Virus record (IMG/VR): IMGVR_UViG_3300045988_147522 | Reading direction: 5' to 3' (one strand) | DNA from: a virus | Length of the DNA stretch: 64,000 bases | In this document: piece by piece, positions 55,075-64,000 of the stretch | How positions within the stretch are numbered: position 1 is the stretch's first letter | How the letters are laid out: each line of letters begins with the position of its first letter | The notes under the pieces: generated by a model | Databases searched by the model: none | What the model saw: the letters and a program-made list of their open reading frames with translations, nothing else | Told to the model about the DNA's origin: nothing | Program-made: the position numbers and the translations under genes

Positions 55075-55326
55075 TTACTTAGGTTCACCATAGGTCATAG
55101 CCTGTTCACTGTCTGATGTACCCTTAGTTGTAGGATCAACTACAACGCCAAGCACTGCAAGCAAAGCAAATACAGTGTTCACTACTGCCGTAAGGTTATT
55201 GCCAAGCTCACCAAAATCAAGCTCAAAACCAAACACTTTAGCTACCGCCTGAATCAGCAGAAGTGCCGCAGGAATAAGTGCAAGCCAAAATGTTTTATTT
55301 TTAAATCTTACTGTCCAGTTAATCAT
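55075..55326 (-). CDS. Holin (phi LC3-like)
   Basis: MINWTVRFKNKTFWLALIPAALLLIQ...VVDPTTKGTSDS. ATG after aaggag. The track start at 55434 is upstream of the SD. Confidence 0.75.
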   Translation of the reverse strand: MINWTVRFKNKTFWLALIPAALLLIQAVAKVFGFELDFGELGNNLTAVVNTVFALLAVLGVVVDPTTKGTSDSEQAMTYGEPK

Positions 55327-55339
55327 ATAACCAACTCCT

Positions 55340-55768
55340 TTAAATATTCTTTTCTGGCAAATGTAATGCCAGTTTATATCTATCAGTACAATATGTGTCT
55401 CCGCCAAGATTGTGATACTCTTTATACAGGTCAATCAAATTGAGTTTTTGGATTGAGGTGATACTATTCTTTGCAAGACACTTGTCACACAACTCTAAGA
55501 TACTATTTCTCAAACCTGCCTTCACTGCTTCAGCTAACTTAACCGACATATCCCACTTTTCTGTATCAAGAGCAATGTGAGACTCTAACATTTCTTCAAT
55601 TTTGTTAAGCTTCTCTATTGTGTCGTTAGTGTTGTTTGTATTTCGCACCCAACCGATTATTTTACGGCGTAGAGGGGTGACTATAGCAGTCAACACTGTC
55701 AGTATAGCAGTAGCACAACCAAAGCATACACTAATAGTCTTAATGATTTCAATTATTTCATTACTCAT
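55340..55768 (-). CDS. N-terminally membrane-anchored protein in the lysis cassette
   Basis: One TM segment followed by a helical region. Confidence 0.5.
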   Translation of the reverse strand: MSNEIIEIIKTISVCFGCATAILTVLTAIVTPLRRKIIGWVRNTNNTNDTIEKLNKIEEMLESHIALDTEKWDMSVKLAEAVKAGLRNSILELCDKCLAKNSITSIQKLNLIDLYKEYHNLGGDTYCTDRYKLALHLPEKNI

Positions 55769-55787
55769 TCAATCACCACATTGATTA

Positions 55788-58241
55788 TTACTCCTTTGTT
55801 TGTATTATTTTTTCAAGTGCTGCAACTCTTGCCTCAAGATTGCCTTTTAAGACTTTATTGCGATTAGCAAGAGATACAGTACATTGCATATCAATTGTTT
55901 TGTTCGCTGCAAGCTTCACTCGTAAATATGTAATAGGTTTAGTTACACCATCTACAATCAGCGACTTGGAAGTCTTGTTTAACGCCAACTCCAGAGATGT
56001 ATCAATTATGTTATAAGACGAATCTGCGAAAGTAATTGTCACATCTGATGAAACTGGTGTAATATTATCTATATAGAAATTATATGTACCGCCTTTCAAT
56101 TCCAATGAATCGAGCTTAACATAGACGAAAGACTTGCCACTGGTGTATGCTGTATCGCATTTAATACTCAATGTATTGTCTGTTGCTACGACACTAAAGT
56201 GAGTATTGGTTTTGCTTGTGTATGTACCATTAGTACACGATAAAATATTTGGAGCATCCTCTAACACATCTGATACATTAGCTTTTGGTTCACCAAAGTC
56301 GCTATCTAACAAGTCGTACATTCTAAACATTTTATTATAATCATCTGTAAGATTATTGGTGTATATCATATGATTAGGCTTAACATATGTTGTTGAACCA
56401 ATATCGAGAGTATTACCACTATTCGTCAAACCAAAGTATTGATTATTTGCAGTTTGTACCTCGTTTTCAGTTGTACCATACTTATAATTAACATCAGATA
56501 AAGATAATTTATTAATTGCCGAAATCATACTTGCATCAAACATAATTGCAGATGCACCACGATAATGTCCTATTTGACAATCATCAAAAATGACGGACTG
56601 ATATTGATAAGTCAATCCTGCTGCATACCCTGATCTTAACGGACTTGTCACATTTTCAATTGTACAATTTCGTGCAATAACACTGCACGGTTCATTGGTA
56701 TAATATGTACCTGTTACAGACAGTCTCTGATTAAGCACAATACCATTGCCAATGTATTTGTCTCCATGCGTAGATGTTTCAGTTTTATCTGCTCCATAAA
56801 GTTTACAGTTATCAATATAATTAGTGCCGTTATCCCAATCAAGAGTTAAACAACTTGCATACTTATTGTGTATTGTTGAGTCTCTAAGTATCATCTTGCC
56901 GTATTGTGCTTCAATTGCCGCACCCCAACCATCAATATCAATGTAACAATTATTAATGTTGGTATGTCTTGTGCTTACTTTAATGCCTCTTTTTGCACAG
57001 TCAGTAATTGTGCAGTTGGATACAGTAATATAGCTATCACCACTACAGTCAGCAGAAGGTCTTTGAATTAAATAAATACCATCTCCATCAGGCTCTTTGT
57101 CACCAACTTTGTATCCATTGATATTGCTGATTTGAGAATTACTGATATATCCGTGTTGACTAAACTCACCATTCACACTTGACACTCCTATGCCGACCGC
57201 GTGAATAAATGTATCCTCAGATACAGTACCAGCCTTAATGTCAGATACAATAACATTATTGATATTAAACTGAGAACAATCTCTAATTAAATTAATGCCA
57301 GCAGCAAATGAAGATACTTTGTTTCCTGCACCTTTAATGGTTGCATTTGTGATATTACTGTTTTGACAACCAACTAATGTAATGCACTGAGACACTTTGT
57401 GCTGCCCATCGAAACAACCCCCGATAATTGTTAAATTATTACAATTAGTAAACTTAAAAAACGAACCTTGCACAGTCGTTTCAGCAGCGTCTGTCGAATT
57501 AGTAGTTTGATTGTAAAATACAAAATTAGTATTATCACAAATAATGGTCAAGTCATCAATATTAGACAAAGCAATACCATTGCACTTATAAGTACCTACT
57601 GGAAAATAAAGACATCTTTTTCTTAACGAAGCTGTCGGTATTTTCGATAAACTTGTCACCCCTCCTGAATTACTAACACCATACGCAGTTGCACTCAATA
57701 GTGACAAATCATTGTTACTCCAAAAATTATTTAGAAGATACTTAAGGCTTGGATAATTCTTAGCCGTGTCCGTAATATCAGAATTATCCAAAATCTTCAA
57801 ATCCTTATTTTCAGGATTAATGTTAGAATATTTGGATAGCAAGGTTAATAATGCACTAAACTGTTCGCTTGCTTCAATTGCATGACCACTGGTTGACTTG
57901 TTAATAGTGAGATTAATACCGCTAATTTTCAGAACCTTGTTATTAATGGTGATATTAAGTTCACCTTCACCCACACCTGCATAAACAGTCATAGAGGGTT
58001 TAACTTCAAATTCAACAATACCTCGTTTAACATCTATAATTGTTGCGTCAACAATTTCTTCAGAACCACGAGGGAGAGTTATTGTGTATGTAACCGCCGA
58101 ACCAGTTAAGTCAATTGCTCCTTTATCATCCACAACCATAAGGCGAGGATATTTGATACCACCCTCGCCTTGTGTTACAGTAAAAAACTTGTTGTTGTCT
58201 TTCCAAGCGTGTACTGTATATATTTTATTGTAGGTTTTCAT
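55788..58241 (-). CDS. Tailspike / receptor-binding protein with parallel beta-helix (pectate-lyase-like) repeats
   Basis: Repeated NxxI(x)N / NCxI motifs (NCNNLTIIGG, QNSNITNATI, INNVIVSD, VSNCTITD, INNCYIDI). ATG after aaggagga. Confidence 0.65.
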   Translation of the reverse strand: MKTYNKIYTVHAWKDNNKFFTVTQGEGGIKYPRLMVVDDKGAIDLTGSAVTYTITLPRGSEEIVDATIIDVKRGIVEFEVKPSMTVYAGVGEGELNITINNKVLKISGINLTINKSTSGHAIEASEQFSALLTLLSKYSNINPENKDLKILDNSDITDTAKNYPSLKYLLNNFWSNNDLSLLSATAYGVSNSGGVTSLSKIPTASLRKRCLYFPVGTYKCNGIALSNIDDLTIICDNTNFVFYNQTTNSTDAAETTVQGSFFKFTNCNNLTIIGGCFDGQHKVSQCITLVGCQNSNITNATIKGAGNKVSSFAAGINLIRDCSQFNINNVIVSDIKAGTVSEDTFIHAVGIGVSSVNGEFSQHGYISNSQISNINGYKVGDKEPDGDGIYLIQRPSADCSGDSYITVSNCTITDCAKRGIKVSTRHTNINNCYIDIDGWGAAIEAQYGKMILRDSTIHNKYASCLTLDWDNGTNYIDNCKLYGADKTETSTHGDKYIGNGIVLNQRLSVTGTYYTNEPCSVIARNCTIENVTSPLRSGYAAGLTYQYQSVIFDDCQIGHYRGASAIMFDASMISAINKLSLSDVNYKYGTTENEVQTANNQYFGLTNSGNTLDIGSTTYVKPNHMIYTNNLTDDYNKMFRMYDLLDSDFGEPKANVSDVLEDAPNILSCTNGTYTSKTNTHFSVVATDNTLSIKCDTAYTSGKSFVYVKLDSLELKGGTYNFYIDNITPVSSDVTITFADSSYNIIDTSLELALNKTSKSLIVDGVTKPITYLRVKLAANKTIDMQCTVSLANRNKVLKGNLEARVAALEKIIQTKE

Positions 58242-58365
58242 TATTTTCCTCCTTATCACTTCGTTAATATATACATTGTATTTTCATAAATAGAAACATT
58301 ACTTGTACACTATAACGAATAATTTGGCTTTAAAACCCTCCTTTTAAAACTCTTCAAATTCGCTG

Positions 58366-58476
58366 TCATTCCATGTAATTATTTAGAATTTCCTGCACCT
58401 GCGCCCTAATTTTTTCAGGAACATCGTCGATTGTTTTTAATCCTTTACGGATTAATTCCGCATAAATTTTCGCCAT
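58366..58476 (-). CDS. Small protein (36 aa) typical of clostridial phage tail-fibre/lysis junctions
   Basis: MAKIYAELIRKGLKTIDDVPEKIRAQVQEIL. SD ggaggga. Below the track cutoff. Confidence 0.5.
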   Translation of the reverse strand: MAKIYAELIRKGLKTIDDVPEKIRAQVQEILNNYME

Positions 58477-58481
58477 TTACA

Positions 58482-58748
58482 TCATCCCTCCGTAATTCCT
58501 TCATATATTTCACATAATGCAAGTTGAGTGTCGGTAAGCTGTGATTCAAGCGTTGTGTTTCGCTCATCAATCATTTTAATGTATTCATCCTTTGTATAAC
58601 GTAGCTGATTGAACTCATACTCAGTATGGCTTTCATCTTCTGACTGCACAACAATTTCTGTGATGTCGCTGTTCACCCACACTGAGTACTCGTCAATTTC
58701 GACTTTCTCAGGCTTTACAGTGCTTCTTACTGCGCCGTAATCAATCAT
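58482..58748 (-). CDS. Tail-fibre-associated small protein
   Basis: SD agaggagg. Follows the fibre gene. Confidence 0.5.
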   Translation of the reverse strand: MIDYGAVRSTVKPEKVEIDEYSVWVNSDITEIVVQSEDESHTEYEFNQLRYTKDEYIKMIDERNTTLESQLTDTQLALCEIYEGITEG

Positions 58749-58762
58749 AACTATTCCTCCTC

Positions 58763-61384
58763 TTATACTTTAGCAGTCGGAACATACACCAAGCGGCCGC
58801 CGACAACCCGACTACGGTAGCCAACACCGTCAATACCGCGCCAATTGAAACCGCCCGCCTGACTGGAAGTGTTGAAACAACCACCAAAACGGGTAATACG
58901 ATAACCGTTCAAATTTGATTCGGCATAGAAGTAATCGCCAACAGGAAGTGCGTTTGTTCCGCCGATTTCTGACGGCATCAGCAACCAATCATAATTCTCA
59001 CCGCCATAACCCATTGCGTTAATAAAACCACTTGCATTTGCAAGAGTGAATCCAACAGGCTCATAGTTATCAGAATGCTTTGATTCATTGAATGCGAAGT
59101 TGTTCGCAACATAGGGTTGACCACCGCACATAGAACCGTCACCCCAAATGTTGATTCCCTGAATATGTTTCCATAGGTTACCCCAAGGATTTTCGACGCC
59201 ACGATAGGAAACGGAAACTTTTCCGCTTTTTGTATAAGCTGTTTGAGTTCCTCCAATTTCATTTGTGGTTTTGGTTGCCTGACCTGTGCCATTACCAAGG
59301 TCAGCGGTTGAGCCTGTCAGACTGGAACAGTTGTATGCTGAATTATCTGCGATGCTGACAACACCCTGTCCGACGCCCGTTTGTGAGTTCATCATACCAA
59401 ACTCAATCATCATAAGAAGTTGGTTTGCAGAAGTAGCATGGATGGTTTCAAGATGCCAACCCGGTCCTCTGTTCTGTGCCATTGTTTCAAGGTTTGTCTT
59501 CGTTCCAATCCCTTTTCTCAAACCGCTGATAGGTTTCTTTCCGGCGACTGAACAGAGTAAGTCGCCGTCCTCATAAGTGATAGATTCGTCAACGTTATCA
59601 TTCACATAGGCTTTTGCGGAAACATCGTACATGCTTCCCTCATCAGCTGAATACAGGATGTAGTCAATCTCGTTACCGTTTTCGTCATAGAATGCTGGAT
59701 GCAGTTTGAACCCTGTTTTTGGCTTTGAGCTTACATAATAGTTCGCCTTCCGTAGATGATAGCCGATTCCTGAATTGGTGTTTTTTTCCAACTTTAGCGG
59801 AACAACTTTATAATAAAATGCTGACTGATACACCATTACCTGACCGTTTGAGCCGTCCTCCGTATAGCCTTCATCGCCGTAGTATGCCGTGATTGTTCCG
59901 TCATCAGAAACATTACATCTTCTTCTGCCGCCGTACATTGTAAATTTATTAAAGTCTGAACCTTGCGACAGTCCGACTGCACCTGCAAGTCTGGTAAATG
60001 TCTTATTTTCAAAATCAACGCAAAGTCCTACTATGTCATCATCTGTATAGCCGATGTATGCCTTAATGTCCTCAACCTCGTTCGATAAGTCAGCTCCGTC
60101 TTTTCCGTCATCTCCGACAACCTTTCCGAGATTTGCAGATGTACCGTCTGAATAGGTAAGTATCAGTTCGCCCGAAATATTAATCTCAGCATTAGTTATA
60201 CCAATACCGTCCTTACCGTTTGTGCCGTCAATGCCATTTATTCCGTTAGTGCCGTCTTTACCGTCTGCACCTACTACAACACCCAGATTATCAACAGTAT
60301 TGTTGGAGTAAGTTATGAGAAGCTCACCGTTTTTGTTAATTTTAGAGCTTGCTATTCCAATTCCGTCTGTACCATTTTGACCTTTTTCACCCTGTTCGCC
60401 TTTAAGAAATTTTAACCAATCTTCTTCAGTACCGATAAAACCACCATTTTTTGCGATTTCATAAGCTGATAAACCATTTTGTCCATTTGTACCGTTAAGA
60501 CCGTCTTTACCTACGATTTTGCCAAGATTTGTTGAATCTCCATTCGAGTATGTAATCACAAGCTCTCCACTTGTATTAACTTCGGATTTGGCAACACCTA
60601 CACCATCGTTTCCGTTCATGCCGTTTGTACCTTGTGACGGTTTATTTGTATCTATTTCGCCAATGAACCAATTGCCGTTATCACCAATATGCGGAGTAAT
60701 TCCGTCAGCACCCGAAACGCCATCTTGTCCTTTTAGTTCACCATTGTTGAATTTCTGCTGAAAAGTTTCGCCATCTGCAAACGGAATATCATCGGCAGTG
60801 TAGGTTTGCTTGATGTTCAAATCTTCAAGCGACTTATCTCCGTTAAGTTCAACACCATTGATAGAAGGTCTGTTGTTCAAATGCGCATAATCACCATCAA
60901 ACTCTTTAAGTGTTCGCCAAATAGTGTTACCGTCACTGTCTATAGACAATACCTGTCCGACAACACCGTCTGTAGTCGGTTTAGAGACAAAGTTTTCTAA
61001 AACATTAAAATCATCAGTGCTTTCAACCTTTGTGTCATCTGGCGCAAAAGAAACCTTAAAATTAACACCTGAAAATCTTACATTGCCTTCAGGAAACTGT
61101 AATTCTACAATACCTTTTAATACACCTTCAGCCGTTGTCATCTGTAAATACAAAGGTAAATAAATCAAACCTTTATCTTTATCTACTCTGCACTCAACAC
61201 CTACCTTGTGTTCGTCTGGCTTTAATCCATAATAGGCGGCAAGCGTACATTCTGAAAGGTTGATATCAGCACCATGATTTTTAATCTCAATTTCAAACTC
61301 AGTCACACCGTGCTCTCTTTGTGTGATTGGTTCAAGAACCTTGTTAATATAAGCACAGTCAATGCTTAAATGTCTAATAATCAT
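58763..61384 (-). CDS. Tail fibre with collagen-like Gly-X-Y tracts and three ~50-aa repeat modules
   Basis: GxDGxxGxxG runs alternate with G(V/I)G(V/I)..(S/A)(E/K)(V/I)N..GEL(V/L/I)(I/L)TYS(N/D)...(T/D/A)NLG modules. Confidence 0.75.
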   Translation of the reverse strand: MIIRHLSIDCAYINKVLEPITQREHGVTEFEIEIKNHGADINLSECTLAAYYGLKPDEHKVGVECRVDKDKGLIYLPLYLQMTTAEGVLKGIVELQFPEGNVRFSGVNFKVSFAPDDTKVESTDDFNVLENFVSKPTTDGVVGQVLSIDSDGNTIWRTLKEFDGDYAHLNNRPSINGVELNGDKSLEDLNIKQTYTADDIPFADGETFQQKFNNGELKGQDGVSGADGITPHIGDNGNWFIGEIDTNKPSQGTNGMNGNDGVGVAKSEVNTSGELVITYSNGDSTNLGKIVGKDGLNGTNGQNGLSAYEIAKNGGFIGTEEDWLKFLKGEQGEKGQNGTDGIGIASSKINKNGELLITYSNNTVDNLGVVVGADGKDGTNGINGIDGTNGKDGIGITNAEINISGELILTYSDGTSANLGKVVGDDGKDGADLSNEVEDIKAYIGYTDDDIVGLCVDFENKTFTRLAGAVGLSQGSDFNKFTMYGGRRRCNVSDDGTITAYYGDEGYTEDGSNGQVMVYQSAFYYKVVPLKLEKNTNSGIGYHLRKANYYVSSKPKTGFKLHPAFYDENGNEIDYILYSADEGSMYDVSAKAYVNDNVDESITYEDGDLLCSVAGKKPISGLRKGIGTKTNLETMAQNRGPGWHLETIHATSANQLLMMIEFGMMNSQTGVGQGVVSIADNSAYNCSSLTGSTADLGNGTGQATKTTNEIGGTQTAYTKSGKVSVSYRGVENPWGNLWKHIQGINIWGDGSMCGGQPYVANNFAFNESKHSDNYEPVGFTLANASGFINAMGYGGENYDWLLMPSEIGGTNALPVGDYFYAESNLNGYRITRFGGCFNTSSQAGGFNWRGIDGVGYRSRVVGGRLVYVPTAKV

Positions 61385-61398
61385 ATAATCACCACCTA

Positions 61399-63981
61399 TT
61401 ATTCTGTAAAATTAAATGTTGTGTTTTTAACACTTGTTTGTGAAATCGTATTGAAACAATCAATAAATCTCTTCTTAAGAGGCTTAGCAGAATAGTTTGT
61501 ATTAAATATCAAACTGAAATCTGATACATCATCATAATTTATAGGAATTGAAAGCAAAATAGGATACTGCCAATCACCGTCTTTTACTTCAAGAGATACT
61601 GCTGTACCAAGTGTTAAATCTGCAATGTTATCCTTCATTTCAGGAATTGCCAATATATTCGCTGACTCAATCTCAAATTCATAACACTGCTTGCTGAGAT
61701 AATTGTCGTGGTCAGATTTAGCTTGAACCCTTACTTCTTGCAATGTTGTTATAATATCATTAGCGGAATAGGTATCACTAAATACAACATTGTCATTTGT
61801 CCAATCTCCTTCAGTAATGTAATTTTGGAGTTCCAAAATTTCAGCAGGGGAGAGGATTGTTGCAATACCGTCTTTGTTTGCCTGCAATGCCGTCTTGTAG
61901 TTTAGTGTAAACTTTTTAGCTACTGTTTGCATCTCGTTATAACATGTATTGTATTTGGCTACTGCGTTATCATAATCATTTTTTATATTCCAATATGTCT
62001 CTGCTGCCGAATACAATTTTGTATATAAAGATTTGGAGTAATAGCAATCGTAATTGATGTAATCATATGGTGGGTTTCTCATTCCACTCGGAATACGCAC
62101 ATAGTCATCCACAAGCACTTGATAAGCATAACGCAACTCTCCACTTGAAGAGTTAGGGAGCGGTTTGTCACTAAACCCATATTTGTCTATTAGATGTGTA
62201 TTAATTGTATCTGCGACTGTTAAGTATGTTGTTAAAGCTTTTGACACTTTAGAAGCTTGCTTTATTTTCTTTTGATTATACTCAATCAATAATGCCCCTT
62301 TATTAGCATATTTTACAGACTGTTTCTCAATGTTTGTTTGCCACACCGTAAGAGCTTCTTTTAAGGTTCTATTTTTAGTATCATCAGCCACATAGTCTAA
62401 TTGATTTTCAATATTACTAAAATTGTACAATATATTATTTCCTGTAGGGTTGATTAACCCTAATCCATATTGATCGTTAGATGTATGCACTCTTAATGCA
62501 CTAATACACCTATCATCAGTTGTGTGGATATTCGTATTTTTGATTGCATTTTGCCATGTTAATATCGCCTTAGAATGAGTGCCTAAATATTTTTTATCAG
62601 TATCATAATACCGTCGTTCTTCTGTCTCTATATTGCCATCTATTATATTAATTGTCATATTTTCTGAATCAAAAATGAAATAGCATTGATACGACGAAGC
62701 GATATCATTATTTAAAAAAGTATAGACATTTGCATTATCAACATCGTCAAGTGTTCTATATCTAACGCACACCGCTTGAGAAATGTATCCTATTTTCCAC
62801 TGTGGGAGATAATCAAGTATTTGATTCAACAATCCTCGGACAAACTTTTGTTTATGTCTTGTGTTGCCATAACAATCGTAATACCAATTATCACTGGTAA
62901 CAAGGTCGTTAATATGATCAGGTACAAATAGTGGTAATGTACTGTTCGATAGAGAAAACGCTCTTTTTGATAAAGTCATCTCATAAGACTGGGCTGTTAC
63001 TTTTAGCACAACATTACTTCCGTTATCATTTATTTCTTCCGTGTTAGTAATAACCCACCATACATTTCGTATGCCATAGTTTTTATTTTTATTTGTTTCA
63101 AAGTGTGTACACAATCTTTCTCTTGAAAAAATTTGCACCCAAGAGGCATTGGGAATATATGTACGATAAGTATTGTCGCTATATGTTGCTTGACTACATA
63201 CAAGACTTATTCGGATATACCCTTCGTCAATAGTATCAGTATTGTCTTCAATGTTACCATCGCTATCTCTTACTGTAAAATCTACATATCTTCGGAATGG
63301 TTTTTTTGATGTTTCATAATAATAATTATCATCAGATTTAAGCCAACTATCTGCGTTAGCTTCCTTATAGTAATGAATCTTGAATGAATATCGTAAAGTG
63401 TCACCATTAAAACATTTTGTCGAAATGACATCGCCTTTATGAACAGGTATAAAACTTTTACAGGCTAAATACTGGTAGGCATACCAATTTTGCTTGTACA
63501 AGTCTAAGCTTTCTGAATAATCTTTAAATACCCCATCATTAATAGTGCCGCCCCATACCCACTCGTAACCGTATGTAGTGCCAATATCAAAAAGCATAGT
63601 TTCGTTTTTAATACTAAAATTGCTAATTGCTGTATTAACATCAAACGATAACTCATAATCTTTTCGTGTGCCTCCGCCTTTTAAATTATACAGATAATCT
63701 GAATAATAACTTTCTCCTGTAAACTTAAAATATTCGGTTGAATCGTTGAGGTACAAAAGCATATCAGGCTTTAGATCATCATAATTAGGATTGTCCATCC
63801 AACTGTTAGTACGAGTGTCATAAACTTTTTTAGGCACTTCAAAACTCATTTCCGAAGCTGCTCCGAAATTATAATCAGCAGTCCAATTGTGTATATTCTT
63901 GACATAGCCAAGCGAGGTCTTTTTATTCTGTCTATACAACACCATGTCAGGAGTCTCTTGTGCGTAATTTCGTGTTTGCAT
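61399..63981 (-). CDS. Large tail-tip/baseplate structural protein
   Basis: 860-aa ORF immediately upstream of the fibre genes. SD ggtgg. No enzymatic motif recognised. Confidence 0.55.
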   Translation of the reverse strand: MQTRNYAQETPDMVLYRQNKKTSLGYVKNIHNWTADYNFGAASEMSFEVPKKVYDTRTNSWMDNPNYDDLKPDMLLYLNDSTEYFKFTGESYYSDYLYNLKGGGTRKDYELSFDVNTAISNFSIKNETMLFDIGTTYGYEWVWGGTINDGVFKDYSESLDLYKQNWYAYQYLACKSFIPVHKGDVISTKCFNGDTLRYSFKIHYYKEANADSWLKSDDNYYYETSKKPFRRYVDFTVRDSDGNIEDNTDTIDEGYIRISLVCSQATYSDNTYRTYIPNASWVQIFSRERLCTHFETNKNKNYGIRNVWWVITNTEEINDNGSNVVLKVTAQSYEMTLSKRAFSLSNSTLPLFVPDHINDLVTSDNWYYDCYGNTRHKQKFVRGLLNQILDYLPQWKIGYISQAVCVRYRTLDDVDNANVYTFLNNDIASSYQCYFIFDSENMTINIIDGNIETEERRYYDTDKKYLGTHSKAILTWQNAIKNTNIHTTDDRCISALRVHTSNDQYGLGLINPTGNNILYNFSNIENQLDYVADDTKNRTLKEALTVWQTNIEKQSVKYANKGALLIEYNQKKIKQASKVSKALTTYLTVADTINTHLIDKYGFSDKPLPNSSSGELRYAYQVLVDDYVRIPSGMRNPPYDYINYDCYYSKSLYTKLYSAAETYWNIKNDYDNAVAKYNTCYNEMQTVAKKFTLNYKTALQANKDGIATILSPAEILELQNYITEGDWTNDNVVFSDTYSANDIITTLQEVRVQAKSDHDNYLSKQCYEFEIESANILAIPEMKDNIADLTLGTAVSLEVKDGDWQYPILLSIPINYDDVSDFSLIFNTNYSAKPLKKRFIDCFNTISQTSVKNTTFNFTE

Positions 63982-64000
63982 TAAATACCACCCAACCTGT

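Larger units (their letters stand above)
1..64000. mobile_element. Temperate tailed-phage genome segment in non-integrated (attP) configuration
   Basis: Contains a replication module, xis-attP-int, a holin/endolysin cassette and tail fibre genes. The 5' side of the tRNA-derived att core is phage DNA, not a tRNA 5' half. Confidence 0.85.

Noticed and set aside
58978-61163. Short ORFs on both strands inside the tail-fibre gene
   Set aside because: They are by-products of the Gly-codon-rich collagen-like repeats.

Overview
The window is an AT-rich segment of a temperate tailed phage, probably of a Firmicutes/Clostridia-type host. That host guess rests on AGGAGG-type ribosome-binding sites, a GH25 lysin, a phi-LC3-like holin and a SleB-like hydrolase.

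Layout:
- 1-50040 (+): about 110 tightly packed early, accessory, replication and nucleotide-metabolism genes.
- 49.8-51.7 kb: xis, attP and int. The attP core is the 3' half of a tRNA-Arg(TCT).
- 51.9-64 kb (-): a lysogeny-side cargo cassette, the lysis cassette and the tail fibre / tail tip genes.

Well-supported calls:
- Replication and recombination: Rad52/DUF1071-like annealase, SSB, Cas4/RecB-like nuclease, primase-helicase, Pol III alpha.
- Nucleotide metabolism: dNMP/guanylate kinase-like protein, NrdD/NrdG, ThyX, Dut.
- Other: an NPPY DNA methyltransferase, HNH nucleases, a MazF/PemK-like toxin, a tyrosine integrase, three tRNAs with encoded CCA.

Most interesting observations:
1. An operon at 317-4259 encodes an E2/UBC-like protein, a JAB/JAMM peptidase, a ThiF/E1-like protein and a catalytically intact reverse transcriptase. 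It has no separate ubiquitin-like gene.
2. That operon is preceded by a ~315-nt structured-looking leader. A second copy of the leader (13129-13447) drives an insulated single-gene cassette.
3. The operon is followed by a tRNA cluster that embeds a ~155-nt element closed by a perfect 13-bp helix.
4. A group I intron carrying an HNH homing endonuclease splits nrdD exactly inside the glycyl-radical motif. P1, P10 and the terminal G can be read directly from the sequence.
5. Further oddities: an in-frame amber codon, a T8 frameshift site, recurrent AUU/AUC/AUA start codons, a class-I tRNA with anticodon UAA, and an orphan MazF-like toxin next to a candidate sRNA.

Everything here is from reading the sequence. 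No database search or RNA folding program was run. Family names are motif-level recognitions.
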